A stretch of DNA of 64,000 bases from the human T2T-CHM13v2.0 reference genome, Homo sapiens. The stretch lies in NCBI RefSeq assembly GCF_009914755.1, contig NC_060939.1; one strand, written 5' to 3'. Of this stretch, positions 24,045 through 37,669 are shown one piece after another; position 1 is the stretch's first letter; every line of letters starts with the position of its first letter. The position numbers and the translations under genes are program-made. The notes beneath the pieces were generated by a model. The model made no database searches. It was not told the DNA's origin and was given only the letters and a program-made list of their open reading frames with translations.

Positions 24045-24581
24045 TTATCCATGCTGCATCCGCCGCCCGATCACAACTTGAAAATGGAGTCTGAATTCTT
24101 ATCCATGCTGCATCCGCCGCCCGATCACAACTTGAAAATGGAGTCTGAATTCTTATCCATGCTGCATCCGCCGCCCGATCACAACTTGAAAATGGAGTCT
24201 GAATTCTTATCCATGCTGCATCCGCCGCCCGATCACAACTTGAAAATGGAGTCTGAATTCTTATCCATGCTGCATCCGCCGCCCGATCACAACTTGAAAA
24301 TGGAGTCTGAATTCTTATCCATGCTGCATCCGCCGCATCACAACTTGAAAATGGAGTCTGAATTCTTATCCATGCTGCATCCGCCGCCTCATCACAACTT
24401 GAAAATGGAGTCTGAATTCTTATCCATGCTGCATCCGCCGCCTGATCACAACTTGAAAATGGAGTCTGAATTCTTATCCATGCTGCATCCGCCGCCTGAT
24501 CACAACTTGAAAATGGAGTCTGAATTCTTATTCATGCTGCATCCGCCGCCCGATCACAACTTGAAAATGGAGTCTGAATTC
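24045..24581 (+). repeat. Minisatellite/VNTR, 10 x 54 bp, in FBN1 intron 8
   Basis: Unit ttatccatgctgcatccgccgcccgatcacaacttgaaaatggagtctgaattc; units 1-5 identical, unit 6 has a 3-nt deletion, units 7-10 differ by 1-2 nt; 537 bp total. Confidence 0.98.
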
Positions 24582-24750
24582 TGGAACTGGAAAGAACCCC
24601 CACATAGCATCTTGTTCAACCCCCTCATTTGAAAGCTGAAGTAACTCAGAGATGGTAATTGACTTATCTAAGATCACACAAAGCATTAGGGACTTGACCA
24701 CGGGGCATCAAGGACGGGAGCCAGGCCTGCCTTATTTCCAGGGCTCTTTG
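24582..24750 (-). mobile_element. MIR fragment abutting the VNTR
   Basis: catcttgttcaaccccctcattt...actcagagatggtaattgacttatctaagatcacaca. Confidence 0.55.
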
Positions 24751-26617
24751 ACCTTCACCGCAGAGATTTTTTTTTTTTTCAACTAATTGTATAGAGAGAG
24801 CCAGTTACCTTGAACAGTGAAAGTCTAGGGCCTGCAAACAGCTGAAAGAGGATGGAGCCCCATCTATGGTAGTGGGTTAAGCCGCCCCGGGAATTCTCCT
24901 TAGCTCCTGAGAGGATAAGAGCCCCTAACAGTAAGTAGCCATGAGATAAATATGCTATTATTTTGGAAAGGGGAAGTCCTGAGGTTTTTGGCTCACATAT
25001 TATGGAGTGCATGGATTTAAAAGCTACACTTTTAAAAAGGTCCTGTGCATCATGCAGTGCTATTATAATTGCTAAAGGCTGGGCTGGCGATAATCTAAAT
25101 CCCAAAATATTAGTGGTTAATTAGGAATCCAACGGACTTCTTCCAGAAATAAAACTTAATCCCTTAATTACGCTTTTTATTTCTTAATTTCCTCCCATAG
25201 TAACCTATGCAAATATGGACTTGGTTTCCAAAGAAAAATGTTCATGTGTTCTTTCAGCATGCGTACTCTACAGTCATTGGAAAGATCAACAAAGAAGGTG
25301 GGCATGAACTCTTTCCTTTTTTCTCAAATCACAGCTATAAATCTCAATCTTTTCCTTCTTAAATGTATGAAAATTTAATAATTGTTATTTAAATCCCTTC
25401 AACTTGTTAATTTACATTTCAAAATGTCCTCCAATTATATGTATTTATAAAACACTTTTCCGTAACATTTCTTTTTTTTTTAGTTTTTGGAAAGAGGGAC
25501 ATTTTAGGAAGGAAGTGAGAATTCTGCAAGAGGAAGATCTCATGGAAAGCAACTCGAATAATGGCATTCTCAGATCTGAGAGCGTGAGGGTTAGCATCTT
25601 GTGAATTTGCTAAAGCCAATTTGATGGAATTGGTTTTTCTTGAAAAAATTCTATGAAAAGTACTCAATTCCTTCCCCTCCAAGTCTAAAGGAAGCTACCT
25701 TTAAAAAGCCACTCAAAGCAATGGCAAAGGTACCAGGACATTTTCACAAGGGCACAGAACCCCATGGTTATACTCATCATCTTTCTAGGGAACATATTCA
25801 GTGATTACGGGCCAGACTTCCTGGGTTCCCTCTATTGGCCATCTAGACACCAGCCGATGCCCAGAGTTATGCCATTTCCACAGTGAGACACTGTAACCGG
25901 AAAAGAGCAAGGACGTCGAAAAAGTGAACCCGGCTTGCCAAGAGCTCTCAGGGTACTTCCTGATTACTTTCTTACCAGAGTAAGACAGGTCAACCCTGTT
26001 CACACCAGTCTCCAGGCCAGAGAATGTATAGCACTAACAGGACATTCTCCTCTAGTATCAATTTTGCATTGATACTAGAAGGAAAAGAAGGAAAAAACCA
26101 TTATCTAAATTAATGTAATAGTAGATGGCAAAGGAAAAAAAAATCTAGCCAAAATAGTCTGTTTTTATCTTGCTGCTGACTTTCACATGTAGCTGGAAAA
26201 TTTTTGTGTGTGGAAAAGGATTAAGTAATAGACTGAGTTTTTGGTCCACTGGATACACCACCATAATAGGTTTCTTAGCATCAATAAAAAGATTCGAATG
26301 ATTTTTCTTTCAGTCTGAGCATTAAATTAGAATCTTCTGTCTAGTCCACATCCATAGACCATTCCTGTTAATTGACTTGTCTGAATGAAAAGCAAGAGAC
26401 AAAATCAATTCTACTCAGGCTGGAAGCCATCATAATTTCAGAAAACAAAACACAGACTGGACAAGTCATAAGGACTATACTCCCCTCAATCTTGAAGCTG
26501 ATTATATATTCTGAAGCTGAATATATTAAACTGAGAAAGCCTAAAAGATAAAACACAACCTATCGTTGATGTAGGTTTTGCATGTGATAAACTTTAATGG
26601 CTTGTTAAGTTAATGTC

Positions 26618-26733
26618 ATATATATATGTGTGTGTGTATATAGATATATGTGTGTCTATATAAAGATATGTGTGTGTGTATATGTGTGTGTGTGTGTATA
26701 TATATATGTGTATGTGTGTGTGTGTGTGTATAT
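26618..26733. repeat. Compound (TA)n/(TG)n microsatellite
   Basis: Alternating tatata and tgtgtg blocks. Confidence 0.9.
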
Positions 26734-28226
26734 GGCCCGAAAATCTATTCCAGAATAATAACTTTCATCTAGGAAAGAGGACAATGTAATATGGCTCAGC
26801 AAGCACCAGAGTGTGAGTTAAAGAGGTAAATTTGAGCAGTCTTGTCTGAATGGCCTCAGACAGGGTACTTAATACACCCAAGACACCATTCCTTAATATA
26901 TAATGTAGAGTGTGGAAATAGCTGAGTTCTTTGCCCCTTTCAGTGCCAACATTCTCTGCTTCAAATTTAGATCTACAGTACAACTTCTAAAATACATTGG
27001 CCTATCAAGAGTCAACTTTATTGTTCTTTGAAACTTAAAATGTTTTTTTAAGAAGTCTTTAGAAAGAACTATTTTTTCACAACTACCCCGAATAACTATG
27101 TATAACATGTTCAAGAATGCAGTATCAATTATAAATTCAATGATGATTTATAACCTAAAAACAATTCCAACTCATAAAGATAGTTCTATCAGAGTTAGAT
27201 TATTCAGTTTCAGGGCAAGTAGATATTAAATGTCTTACATGTAACTTATGAATTGCACCTTAAATTTAAAGCTGTCTTTTGCTCATCTGATATACAGTGG
27301 CAACTGACAAGGTTAATTATCCAGCCCAGACAAATAACTTAGAATGTACTCACTGTTAGAGTCTAGGGGCATAAATATAACAGCATCTGTTTTCAATAAA
27401 AATGCATCCATCTAAGTGAAACCTCAAGGTGGGGTGAGTTGAGGATGAAGGAAAAAGTTTTCTCTTCTGATCTTGATGAGAGATGTAGCCCTGAGAATGC
27501 TGTTACACTATTGTTGGACATTACTATATATAAGTTACATGCACTCATCAAAGAAAAGAGAGTCCAATGCTGCCTACATATTTTCTAGATGCTCCCCTCT
27601 CACGAAGAAATTATGACTGTAATTGGAAGTCAGGCCTCATTTCGGCAAAGAGCAGTAGCAGTAGTGGTGACTATAAACACATCCTCTGTATATATATTTG
27701 TAGAAGTTCAATCTATAAACTAAATGTAAATATAAAAATTATCTCAAATTACTTTTCTGTTTGACTAACATTAAAAGCTTTTCATTTGATAGGCAATTAC
27801 CATCCCCCAGAAAAGAAAATCATGAGCATGTACTAGGAGCATAAATATAAGGGTTAATAGATCAATCTGCCTCCCCACACACAAAATCAAACATACCTTT
27901 TAACTAGAAAAACTTCGGAAGATATATTATTCTGAATGATATCTAATGACCAAATTTAAATTCATGTCTCTAGAACTATGCAAAAACATGTGTGTTGAAC
28001 ATTTTAAACCAAATGTTGGTTCAAAAATATTTCATGTTTTTAATATTTAATTTGATTCAGATGGACCTCTTGTTTTGGGTCTATAAAAGTGGAAAAAGCT
28101 ACAGGGTTTTTCTGGTCCAATAGCACAAAGGCATATTATTACTGTTAAAAATATTATATTTACACATTCACAGGGATGACAAAGACAGAAGGATTTAGGA
28201 ATAATTTGCAAACAAGCTTGTTTCTA

Positions 28227-28460
<234 letters not shown>

Positions 28461-29079
28461 TCATTGCAGAATAAAATGTGATAATTTGTCCACAATTATG
28501 TTACCATATTTATATCGGTGAGTTATTTGTCCATCACAATATTTGGAATATGATTAGAGAAACTGTTTCTCACAATTGCATTATGTAAAATACATCGTTT
28601 GATTAATAATGTTCCATAAGAAGTCACAAGTATTTTTTGTTTTCCCACCTTCCATGTTTCCTAATGTAGAGGAGAGTGCATTAACTTTTGCGGGTTTTAG
28701 CACATATGCAGCAAAGTATAAAGATACGTTTAAAAGGCCATTATTCACGGCCTCATTTTTATCTCCAGATTGGTAGTAATAATCAGAGTTATTCAAAAAA
28801 TCTTGCAAATCAAAATGCAATACATTTCTACAATGAAACTACCTTTAAGAGTTGTACTGAGTGATTTAGTTAAAACGGAATTTATTGAAGGTCACTCAGA
28901 CTACACGAGACAGCTAATGTTTTTGCGCAAATGAAGTGGAAATGTTCACTTCACATTCTGGAGAAGTGCCTTGCACAGTAAAAATTAAACAACTCAGAAA
29001 ATTAGGCCAAGAAGTGAGAGAGATTGTTAGGTGAGTGAGTGTGTAGTTTCAGCTGCAGACTTACCTTGCTGGCACAGTG

Positions 29080-29595
29080 GCCACCAGAAGCCACTTTTGT
29101 AAATGTCAGTGAGATCATGTCTTTCCCCAGCTCAACGTGCAAGTGTGTACTATGTCCTGGGGAGTTCGACATGACTTCTCTGATCTTTTACCCATTTTCC
29201 ACCCTCCTATCTCTCCCACCACACTGGATTCCTCAAATATGCCAAGGATGCACCTGCCACAGAGCTCTGTAAGGCTGCCCCTCTGCCCGGAATAGTCTTC
29301 CTCCAGAGAGCTGCATGGCCCACGATGTCTCATCCTCCAGGTCTGTGCTCCAATGCCACTTTAGCCACGAGCCCTTCCCTTGACAGTCCAACAGCAACAC
29401 CTGGCTGCTGGCTCTAATCATCCTTCCTTCCCTGTTTATTTTTTTCCACAGGACTAACCACCCACTGACCTAATACATGCCTGTTTGTTTTATTTAATAA
29501 ATTGAATGTCTTCAAAATGTCTTCAATATAAGCTTCCAGAAAGCAGGGACTTTGTCCATTTTCTTCACTGTTGTATAACCAGCACCTAAGGACTA
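29080..29595 (+). mobile_element. L2 LINE 3' fragment
   Basis: aagcttccagaaagcagggactttgtccattttcttcactgttgtataaccagcaccta matches the L2 3' end. Confidence 0.6.
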
Positions 29596-30323
29596 ACTTG
29601 GGTTCTTATGTGTAAGCCCAAATATTAACCTTCCAGGAGCAAAATTAATCATTTCAGGCTCACTACTTTTGTTATAAAGATTATAAAGTACATGTACATT
29701 CTCTCCATCTCTTTGTTCATAACAGAAAAGTCTGATTTAATAAAGAATCCCCAAGCAAACAGTCTAATGTATTCTTTTTGAAACCTGGAAGCTTAATGTG
29801 CTCTTTAGTTTCACTCTTCATTGAGTAAAGAAAAAAGTGATTGCTGTTTATAAGATCTCAACCTGTGTTCTTGAGAAAAGTCAGCATGCAGTAAAAGGGA
29901 TATTAAAGAAACAACAATTTAGTTTATTATAAAAGTATCACTTACTGTTTTAAATGAAATATCTTAACCCACAGATACATGATTATATGTGGAAAATCAT
30001 TAAATTATGTTTTCTAGCCAATTTCAGTTTTGTCTTAGACCAGAATTTTCCATTCTCTTGATGTGTTGAATGTATTTTTTAAAATGTTTTTGAAAATCAA
30101 GATTTTTACATATAGGCAGAACTAGCTGTCTTGTTGATCATGATTTCTGGCCAACAGAAAATATAGACAAGGCAATTCTCCACTGGCTGTATACTCCAGG
30201 TCTGAAGACAGAATAAGCTCCTTTATGAACCCATTTGCCCACAGCCCCTCACATCTGACCCAAGGACTGGAAACACCAGCAAGGAGCAAGAGCCACAACC
30301 TGGTGGCAGAATCTCTTAGAAAA

Positions 30324-30350
30324 AACAACAACAACAACAACAACAACAAC
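30324..30350 (+). repeat. (AAC)n trinucleotide repeat
   Basis: about 9 AAC units. Confidence 0.9.
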
Positions 30351-31816
30351 CAAACATGAAGAATTTCACTCTCAAAATAGCAATATAACTGCCATTGTGA
30401 TTCAATGGGTTTTCAAAACTTTTCTTATAAAAAACATTTTTTTTCTTGGATGTTGAATAGCAGAGTTAGAAAGAAACAGGAAGCAAATGCTGGAAAGATC
30501 CAGATTTATGAAACGAATAGCAAAGCTAAAGAGAAGGCAGTTCATTATCCCCACCCCCCCAATTCCATTAGCACCCTAACCTCTGACAATGGGTCACTGA
30601 TGGGCAGCTGAGGCAGTTAAAAGTCTAGCTCTCTGGTCACTGTCAACAAGTTCATGGGTATTAGCTAACTTTGTAATCCCAAGATGAACAAATTCTTCAA
30701 AACTCACTGGGATTTTCTAAAAACGGGAAAAATAAGAAGGCACCAAAAAACAACTAAACTTTTGTAAAATACTACAATCCATCCCTTGATAATTTTAGAG
30801 TTTCAAGGTGACTTATTTCTTCTCCTGACATTCAGAGGGATACATTTAAGGGCATCCAAAGGAGCTGTATGTTGTACATGGGAGCTGAAGGCCAGGAATG
30901 ACAATATCAGAAGTGGAATTTATTGAAGTGGAATGTAATGGAGACCCACAAAACTGTGTGACTAAGCTCAAGTTCTGTTTTATTGCACATTACCCTTAGA
31001 ATTAACATACAAAACAACGCCAAAGTATTATCTATTTGCCTCAGAAAAGCATATCCTGAAGTTTCTGAAAATATTGCAACTTGCTATAAAAAGTCCTGAG
31101 GCTGTCTAAAGGAAACAGATACAGGCTGAGAGTTTTCAATCCCATCAGTTTAGTGTGGAGCTGCCTCTGTTCACTTCCTCCTGTTTCCTGCCAGACATCC
31201 AGACAATAAAAGAATTTGTACAGCTGGAAGAACAGGAGTAAAAGCCAAAAACAGAGTAAGGGCTTCTACGGGAGGCAGGAGAAGCAGCTAGCAGGCGACA
31301 TCTGGGGATATTTAAAACTGTGAAACAAATCCTAATTTATTTTGGACTTGTAAAAAAATGCAAAATGTAGCATGCAAAATGTCGAGAGAAACAATTTTCT
31401 TCAGGTCAATTAAGCACAACCCATGAGAGAGGAACTCAACAGTTTCAAATGAAGAAAAAAAATTAAGAAAAACATAAACTACCTTGTTCACAAACCTTGC
31501 TTTGTGTTTCTACACAGCACTGCCATAATGCACTGCATCGCTGTAAACAGAATCACACCACCCCTGGAGTCAGAGGTACATACAAACACCTCTGGGGTCA
31601 GAAAGGGGGAATGGTTGGCAAGAAAACATTCAGTAAGACTTCAGCTGCTCTCTCGAGAGCCACGTTCCTAATGCCTTAGTTGGATATCATGCAGTCAGCG
31701 AAATTGTGAAGTTATGTAGCTGACACTACTTTTCCATTCTCTTCAACTTCATTGGAGAATGGCTCTCCAGAGCAAATAAGATTAATCCATTAATAATTCC
31801 ATCAGCCCGGGTTTAC

Positions 31817-32014
31817 CTTGACAAGCTCCCGTGCGGATATTTGGAATGAAGCCACGGCGGCAGGGGTGAGGCTGGGCAGGACACATCTCACAGGGGTGGC
31901 CCCAGGCTCGGCCGACTGTGGCACAGCAGAGCGTTTTTGTGCAGACAATCCCGCTGAGTTGTCCCTGGCACATCTGGTTGCTGATCACAGTAAAACATGG
32001 GCCTGTCCTGTAAT
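31817..32014 (-). CDS. FBN1: FBN1 exon 7 (198 nt), hybrid domain 1
   Basis: tttcag|ATTACAGG...TGTCAAG|gtaaac; translates (D)[65 protein letters not shown], recognised fibrillin-1 sequence. Confidence 0.98.
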
Positions 32015-32139
32015 CTGAAAATAAAGAATAAAAATCTGATGAAAATCCAGAAAAGCAGGAACCATCATGCAGAGGAACAGCTGTGCTCCATCTTGCTTGA
32101 CTCCAAATTGAGAAATGAATTTCAGGGACAGAATCATGC

Positions 32140-32450
32140 ATCACTGTCCCTGTGTAAGGCCTTGGATAGACCATTCTACTTCTGAACCCGATTTCCTAAC
32201 CTACAAAATAGGGATGAAAACATCAGTTGTTACCCACTTTGAAAACGGCATTGTGAGGATCAGGCGAGCTAATGGAAAACTCTTTACAACTGTGAATTGC
32301 TATACAAATGTAACATGGTAATATTATTATCCACTCATTACTTAAGAAAATATATCAGTGCCTACACTGAATCAGCTCCTATGCCTGATACAGATGCTTC
32401 AGTGACTAAAAGAGGCCAAATCCCTGACCTCACAGAGCTTCCAGTCTATT
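32140..32450. mobile_element. MIR followed by an L2 fragment
   Basis: ccttggatagaccattctacttctgaacccgatttcctaacctacaaaatagggatg (MIR core); cctgacctcacagagcttccagtcta (L2). Confidence 0.55.
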
Positions 32451-35400
32451 GTTATTTAGGGCTGAGAAAGCAAAGAATTTTGAAGCTTGCAGTGAGGCAA
32501 GTCATGGCACCTTCTTCCTGGGAGTTCCTTCAATAAAAGAAATGGTTATCTGTTTCTTTTGAGTTGGGGTCATCTTATTTCAAATACAAAACAAGCAAAC
32601 CAACAAACAAGAATTTAAAATTTTGTCCATGCAAAACACATTAGGTTTTAATATAAAGAGTGAGGACACTGGTCTGAAATCATTGTAACCCCTAGGCAAA
32701 AGGACCATCTTAAAGCAAAACAGGGATAAGCTAAGTCCACAAGAGAATTTCCAATCAGAGCAGTCTACCACCAGCTATAAGATCTGCCTCTTTTTTTTTT
32801 TTCCTACAGAGAGAGAGCCAACAACAAATAAGAAAGATAAAGACGTAGTGAGCACAGAGGACCAAACCCAGGTTGTCCCCTTGTGAGAGAAATCAGGGCC
32901 ATAATATCCATTTCCGTGGTTCTACAATGACCTTGACAGACAAGGGAGGCTGGGCTGGGGTAAGACTCATGGGCTTCTATCCACAAACCAACATTTGCAT
33001 GCTTCCAGGTCATTTTCAGAAGTGTTTAGGTGCAGTGATCCCTGTGAGTCTAAAAATGGACTCAATGACCCCAGTAAGTTCCTTTCACCTGTGAACGCAA
33101 CAGTTTTATGAAAATCACTGGCTGTGCTAATGAAACTACTGGGATGCTTTCATTATTTTCTTCTTTCTTTAAGTAGCTCATAGGACATCGCAGACATGCT
33201 ATTTACTAAGGAAAAAAGGACAACTTTTCATTACAGTACCAGCAAGAGTCAACATTCTGGATCGTAACAATGTTTTGGCAATAGCTGAATCTTATCTGCT
33301 GGCATCCCTCTATCCTGTGTGTTCTCTCTTGCTTTCTTTTTCTTGCATCTCCACTCCAACCCCTCCCTTGGAATTTCAACTCCATCTGCTCCCCATCACT
33401 ACGTGCTCTTCCTCCCTCTCCTCTGCTATCTGCAATGAACCACCTCTGTTCAATGGTGTTGCAGAAACAGCACTGCTCTGATGCCCATGCTGTAAGATCA
33501 ACCTTCTGAAGAATTCCAAAAACAAAACTCCATGCCAGTCATATATGTAAAGAAGACTACCATATCCAAGCTATGGCAGCACTGGAGAGACAGACAGGAT
33601 GGTCCAAATGCCGAGTCCCCAGTTCCCCAGCTCCCTCCCTCCATGCCAGTGTTATGTCCCACTCACAGGATGCAAGATAATTTTAGATTTTAGTAGTCAC
33701 ATATTAATTTTAATGTGTATTATGAAACAGCATAAATATATCAGACTCATGATTTCACAGTTATGTCTGCTATGAGGATGATGAATTGAAAAACCTTTTA
33801 ATTCAATTTTTTAAAAATATTAAATACTAGTACAGGTGATATGCAAACAGGTCAAAAATTGTGTGAGTGATATCTACATGCAACCAGACTCACCATGCCA
33901 AAAGACAAGCCTAAGACCTCTGTGTCCCTCTTCTCTGCATGATATAGCCCCACCCACCTTTCCAGCCCTGTCTCCTGACACTTTCTCTGTTTATCATTTG
34001 TCTTTTTTTTTTTACTTTGTTTATGCATTTCTTACTCTACTGTTTTTTTAGTTTTATATAGTCAAGCTGTAGGTATAGTTTAATATTTTACATTGTATGC
34101 CAGATTTATTCAAAACCTGCTATCTTCTTCCACAGATACTGAATTCAAACAAAAATATAAACAAGTATTAAATACTGAGCTGTTGAATAAATCTCAGCCC
34201 TCATTTCGTTCTTTCGATGAAGAAAAAGTCACTCAGCACTGCAGTAATTTGGAACAAAATCTCTTTAAAATGCAGGAACTATGTGGACAAAGTGAAATAC
34301 CAAAGTCATCTTTATTTTTTTGGCTCAATTCTCCCAAACAAATACCTATAGGGATTTAATAAATACATCTTTGCTGTTTGGTCTTTCCTTTCTATTTCAA
34401 TATTTTATTATGTATTTTAATTCAAAATTAAGTAATTACTTTAGACAATTGAGAAAAGGCAGTAGCATATAAACAAATGTAATTACACCTAAAGAAACCC
34501 TTGATAACGTATTGATTATATTATCGTACGTAAGATTTTGTGTGTATGCATGTGTGTGTTTTATTTTTTTAATCATAAAATAAGGATTATACTAAAAATA
34601 TACTTTTGAATCCTGCTGGATTTTCTTCACTTAACATTGCCAAAGCTTTTTCCCATGTAATAAATGCTATTCTACAATATGATTTTAATTGCTGCATAAT
34701 TTTCCATCAAGTTATAACAGAATGTGTTCAGTAATTTTCTTACTGTCTATCATTTAAATTGCCTCTAATTCTTCATTATTACACATAGCATTCAGTGTAC
34801 ATTACAATGAATCCTTTTCAGGATAAAAACAGTCATCAAGATTTTTATGACTATATATATCCTACATCTGAGACTAGAAAGATCACAGCAGTGTAATCTT
34901 TTATTTAAAAAATAAATAAAACTCTCCATGTTAGGTAACAAGAAAGAGAATTTAGGCTTGTTTCTTTCTGTTAATTTACTGAGACAAGTGCAAATGCTTT
35001 AATCAAACAGATTCAGGTTAGCTTGCCATATTCAATCCTTTTTAAAAAGCATAACGCAACATGAATTTTAATTTATAATCCTCTCTTCAACACTGTTGGG
35101 ATTTGTTTTTCCACCTCCTCTTGCCAAGATACTCTATGGAATTATCTTATATATGAGGATTGCCAAGGTTCAGGATAGATACAAATATGGTGTTTTGTGA
35201 GTGACACCAGCAAAATCCAGACACTCTACAAAATGCTAATACAAATCTGATTCAGTTCTGTCTGCCACTGATTCATAACTTCACATGTGAATTTCTCATT
35301 GGAAGATCTTCATTAAAAAAAAAAACCCCTTAAGACTTTTCCAGGGTCAATAACGTATTATTCTTATTTCAATATGAAATACATAGAATCGAGATGGTAG

Positions 35401-36794
35401 TTGTTAATTCTGACAATCTATATTAGGCATCCCAACAGTCCACAGGGATCCAATTTATTAAGTATACTATATATTTGGCGAATACTTTATGTAGAATAGA
35501 AACTATGGACTTAGTACATTTCTGTGCTAGATATTTATCACTATAGACAAAGTTATTTTGGAAACAAATTCAAACTGGCTTATTTGACAGTACAGATTAG
35601 CAAGTGGATATAAATGTATTTGTAGATCCATATTTTAAACAAAAATTGCTGATTGTAGAGGGAGAGGCATAATCTGGATGAAATAAAATTGGATCTAAAA
35701 ATGTCTTGGAAGGTAAATGCTGTATTAACATGGTTTTCAAATGTCATTCCGATTTGGCGGCATGTGCTTTTCGTCCTGTACTTCATTTAGATTGCCAAGG
35801 TTATGCTGTTTTTAGTCCAATACTCCAACCGCAGAAAGAAATCTGCCCACACTCCCAATTCCTTACTAATAATCCAATTATTTACAATTATTCCCATAGC
35901 ACTTACATGATATTAAGCTAAATTTACATACTCTTTTTTTTTTTTTTTTCAGATAGTCTCAGCATTAGACAGGGAGTGTGCTTAACTCAAAGCTTGTGTA
36001 ACGTCTGACTCATTCCTGGCTTCAGTGTAAATCATTATTCCTAATGCAACTAAAATATAGTATTAGAAATGCTTTCTATTTGCAAATTGCTCTACAATCA
36101 CTTCCTTATAAGACCTTCATGAACTAGGGCAACAGGCCAAGTCTTTCCAAAATTAAAGTGCGACTCTAATTGTTTTTAACTGGCTTACTCCAGTGTGGCT
36201 GGTTCATGGGAAATTCTGCATCTCCATGTTCCCATTCTGAGTGGTTAGCTCAAGGATTGCTCTCCAGTCCCGTTAGATTTGGCCTCAAGGCTTGGGCTCT
36301 GACCAACATGTGTCTGCAGCCTCTGATCCTCAGCTCATGCCCAGCTCTGCAGCTCAGAATGCTGTGGTCTACAGCATTATTTCACTTTCATTTGTAATCA
36401 GACTTCACCCCGAAGCAAATGCATCGTTTACAGGGAAAGAATATTCTGTGGTACAATGAATTCTCGTCCCTCCTGCCCAGTCACTAAACCACAAACTGCA
36501 GGGAAGGCACAAGGATATAATTTTGGGCACTAGGCTCCAATTATTTTAAATCCTTCTTTTCATAAAAATGACAAACAAAAGAATGAGATATCAATTTATC
36601 CATGACATAGAGGGTCACAGCACACTTATTTCTCCCAGGTAGGTTGGCCTGGGGAACATTAGGCTCCTAATGTGTGGAATTTCAATACAACTTTCTGAGG
36701 AAGGAGTTCAGAGAACTTTTAGTCTAAGGAAAATTAAAGTTAAGAAGTTCCATTATCATAATCAGCCTCCTAACTGCTGTTACTTCTTCTTACT

Positions 36795-36985
36795 GCAATC
36801 ATTCTTAACCTTAGGACATAATAGAATCACTTGGGGGAGCTTTTGTAAAATGCTGATGCCTGGGTCCCACCCTGTCCTCCCCCAGTTTTCCCCATGGAAC
36901 CCGATTCAGTAGATGTGGCATGGGGCCCAGGCATATACGTCTTGCAAAAGCTCCCCAAGATTATTTCTGCCCTCTAGGACTCTAA
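36795..36985. mobile_element. MER5-family relic
   Basis: tagaatcacttgggggagcttttgtaaaatgctgatgcctgggtcccaccc...aagctcccca. Confidence 0.65.
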
Positions 36986-36986
36986 G

Positions 36987-36987
<1 letters not shown>

Positions 36988-37026
<39 letters not shown>
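36988..37026 (+). repeat. (TG)19 microsatellite
   Basis: Uninterrupted run. Confidence 0.95.
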
Positions 37027-37028
<2 letters not shown>

Positions 37029-37669
37029 TTTTTTTCCTTCTTTCTCTTTTCCTTTAATGAAGAGTACTCGTGTGCCATGATTAATTGGAGATCTCTGCAA
37101 GATAACAACTACTTATCTGAAAGTCTAACTTTAGGAACATAAGCCAGCCCATAAACTGGCATCACTGCCACTCGACATAACCCAGTATTTCTCAACTAGG
37201 ACTGACATCCTAATCATGGCAAAATACTATTCATTTCCACAGTGCTGCACTGATTATGAGGCACTTTATTATGTTCTTTACTAATTATATTATAGTTAAT
37301 TATACTAACTACCAGCTCATCAAAGCAAACAACAAAGTCAAAATTTAGGAAGGCTGATCATCCACTACTGCAGTGTCCTAATAGTTAGTAGAATTCCCAT
37401 TTCCAGTCTCTTTCCTTCTAGTTTTACAAAGCACACTGATATACATGATCTCATGCCGCTGTCAGGAACTCTCACATCCAACCCCTACCCACTGCTGCAG
37501 CTTGTATCTGAGTGGAATTCCAGGGGCATTCTCCAATTGGGGCCCAAATACAAGGCCTATTTAGCATCAGTAACACCAAAAGTCAACTCTTGATTCATTC
37601 CAGAATTGCACTATCACGGAGATCGTCTGAAATTCTTCCGGGACTCCTGATTTTATAAAATATAAAGTA

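Noticed and set aside
24045-24581. Regular repeat array superficially like a CRISPR array
   Set aside because: Head-to-tail units with no unique spacers, no cas genes, and a mammalian intron context; it is a minisatellite
29059-29067. Consensus donor AAG|gtaagt in intron 7
   Set aside because: No convincing pyrimidine-rich acceptor within exon-sized distance upstream
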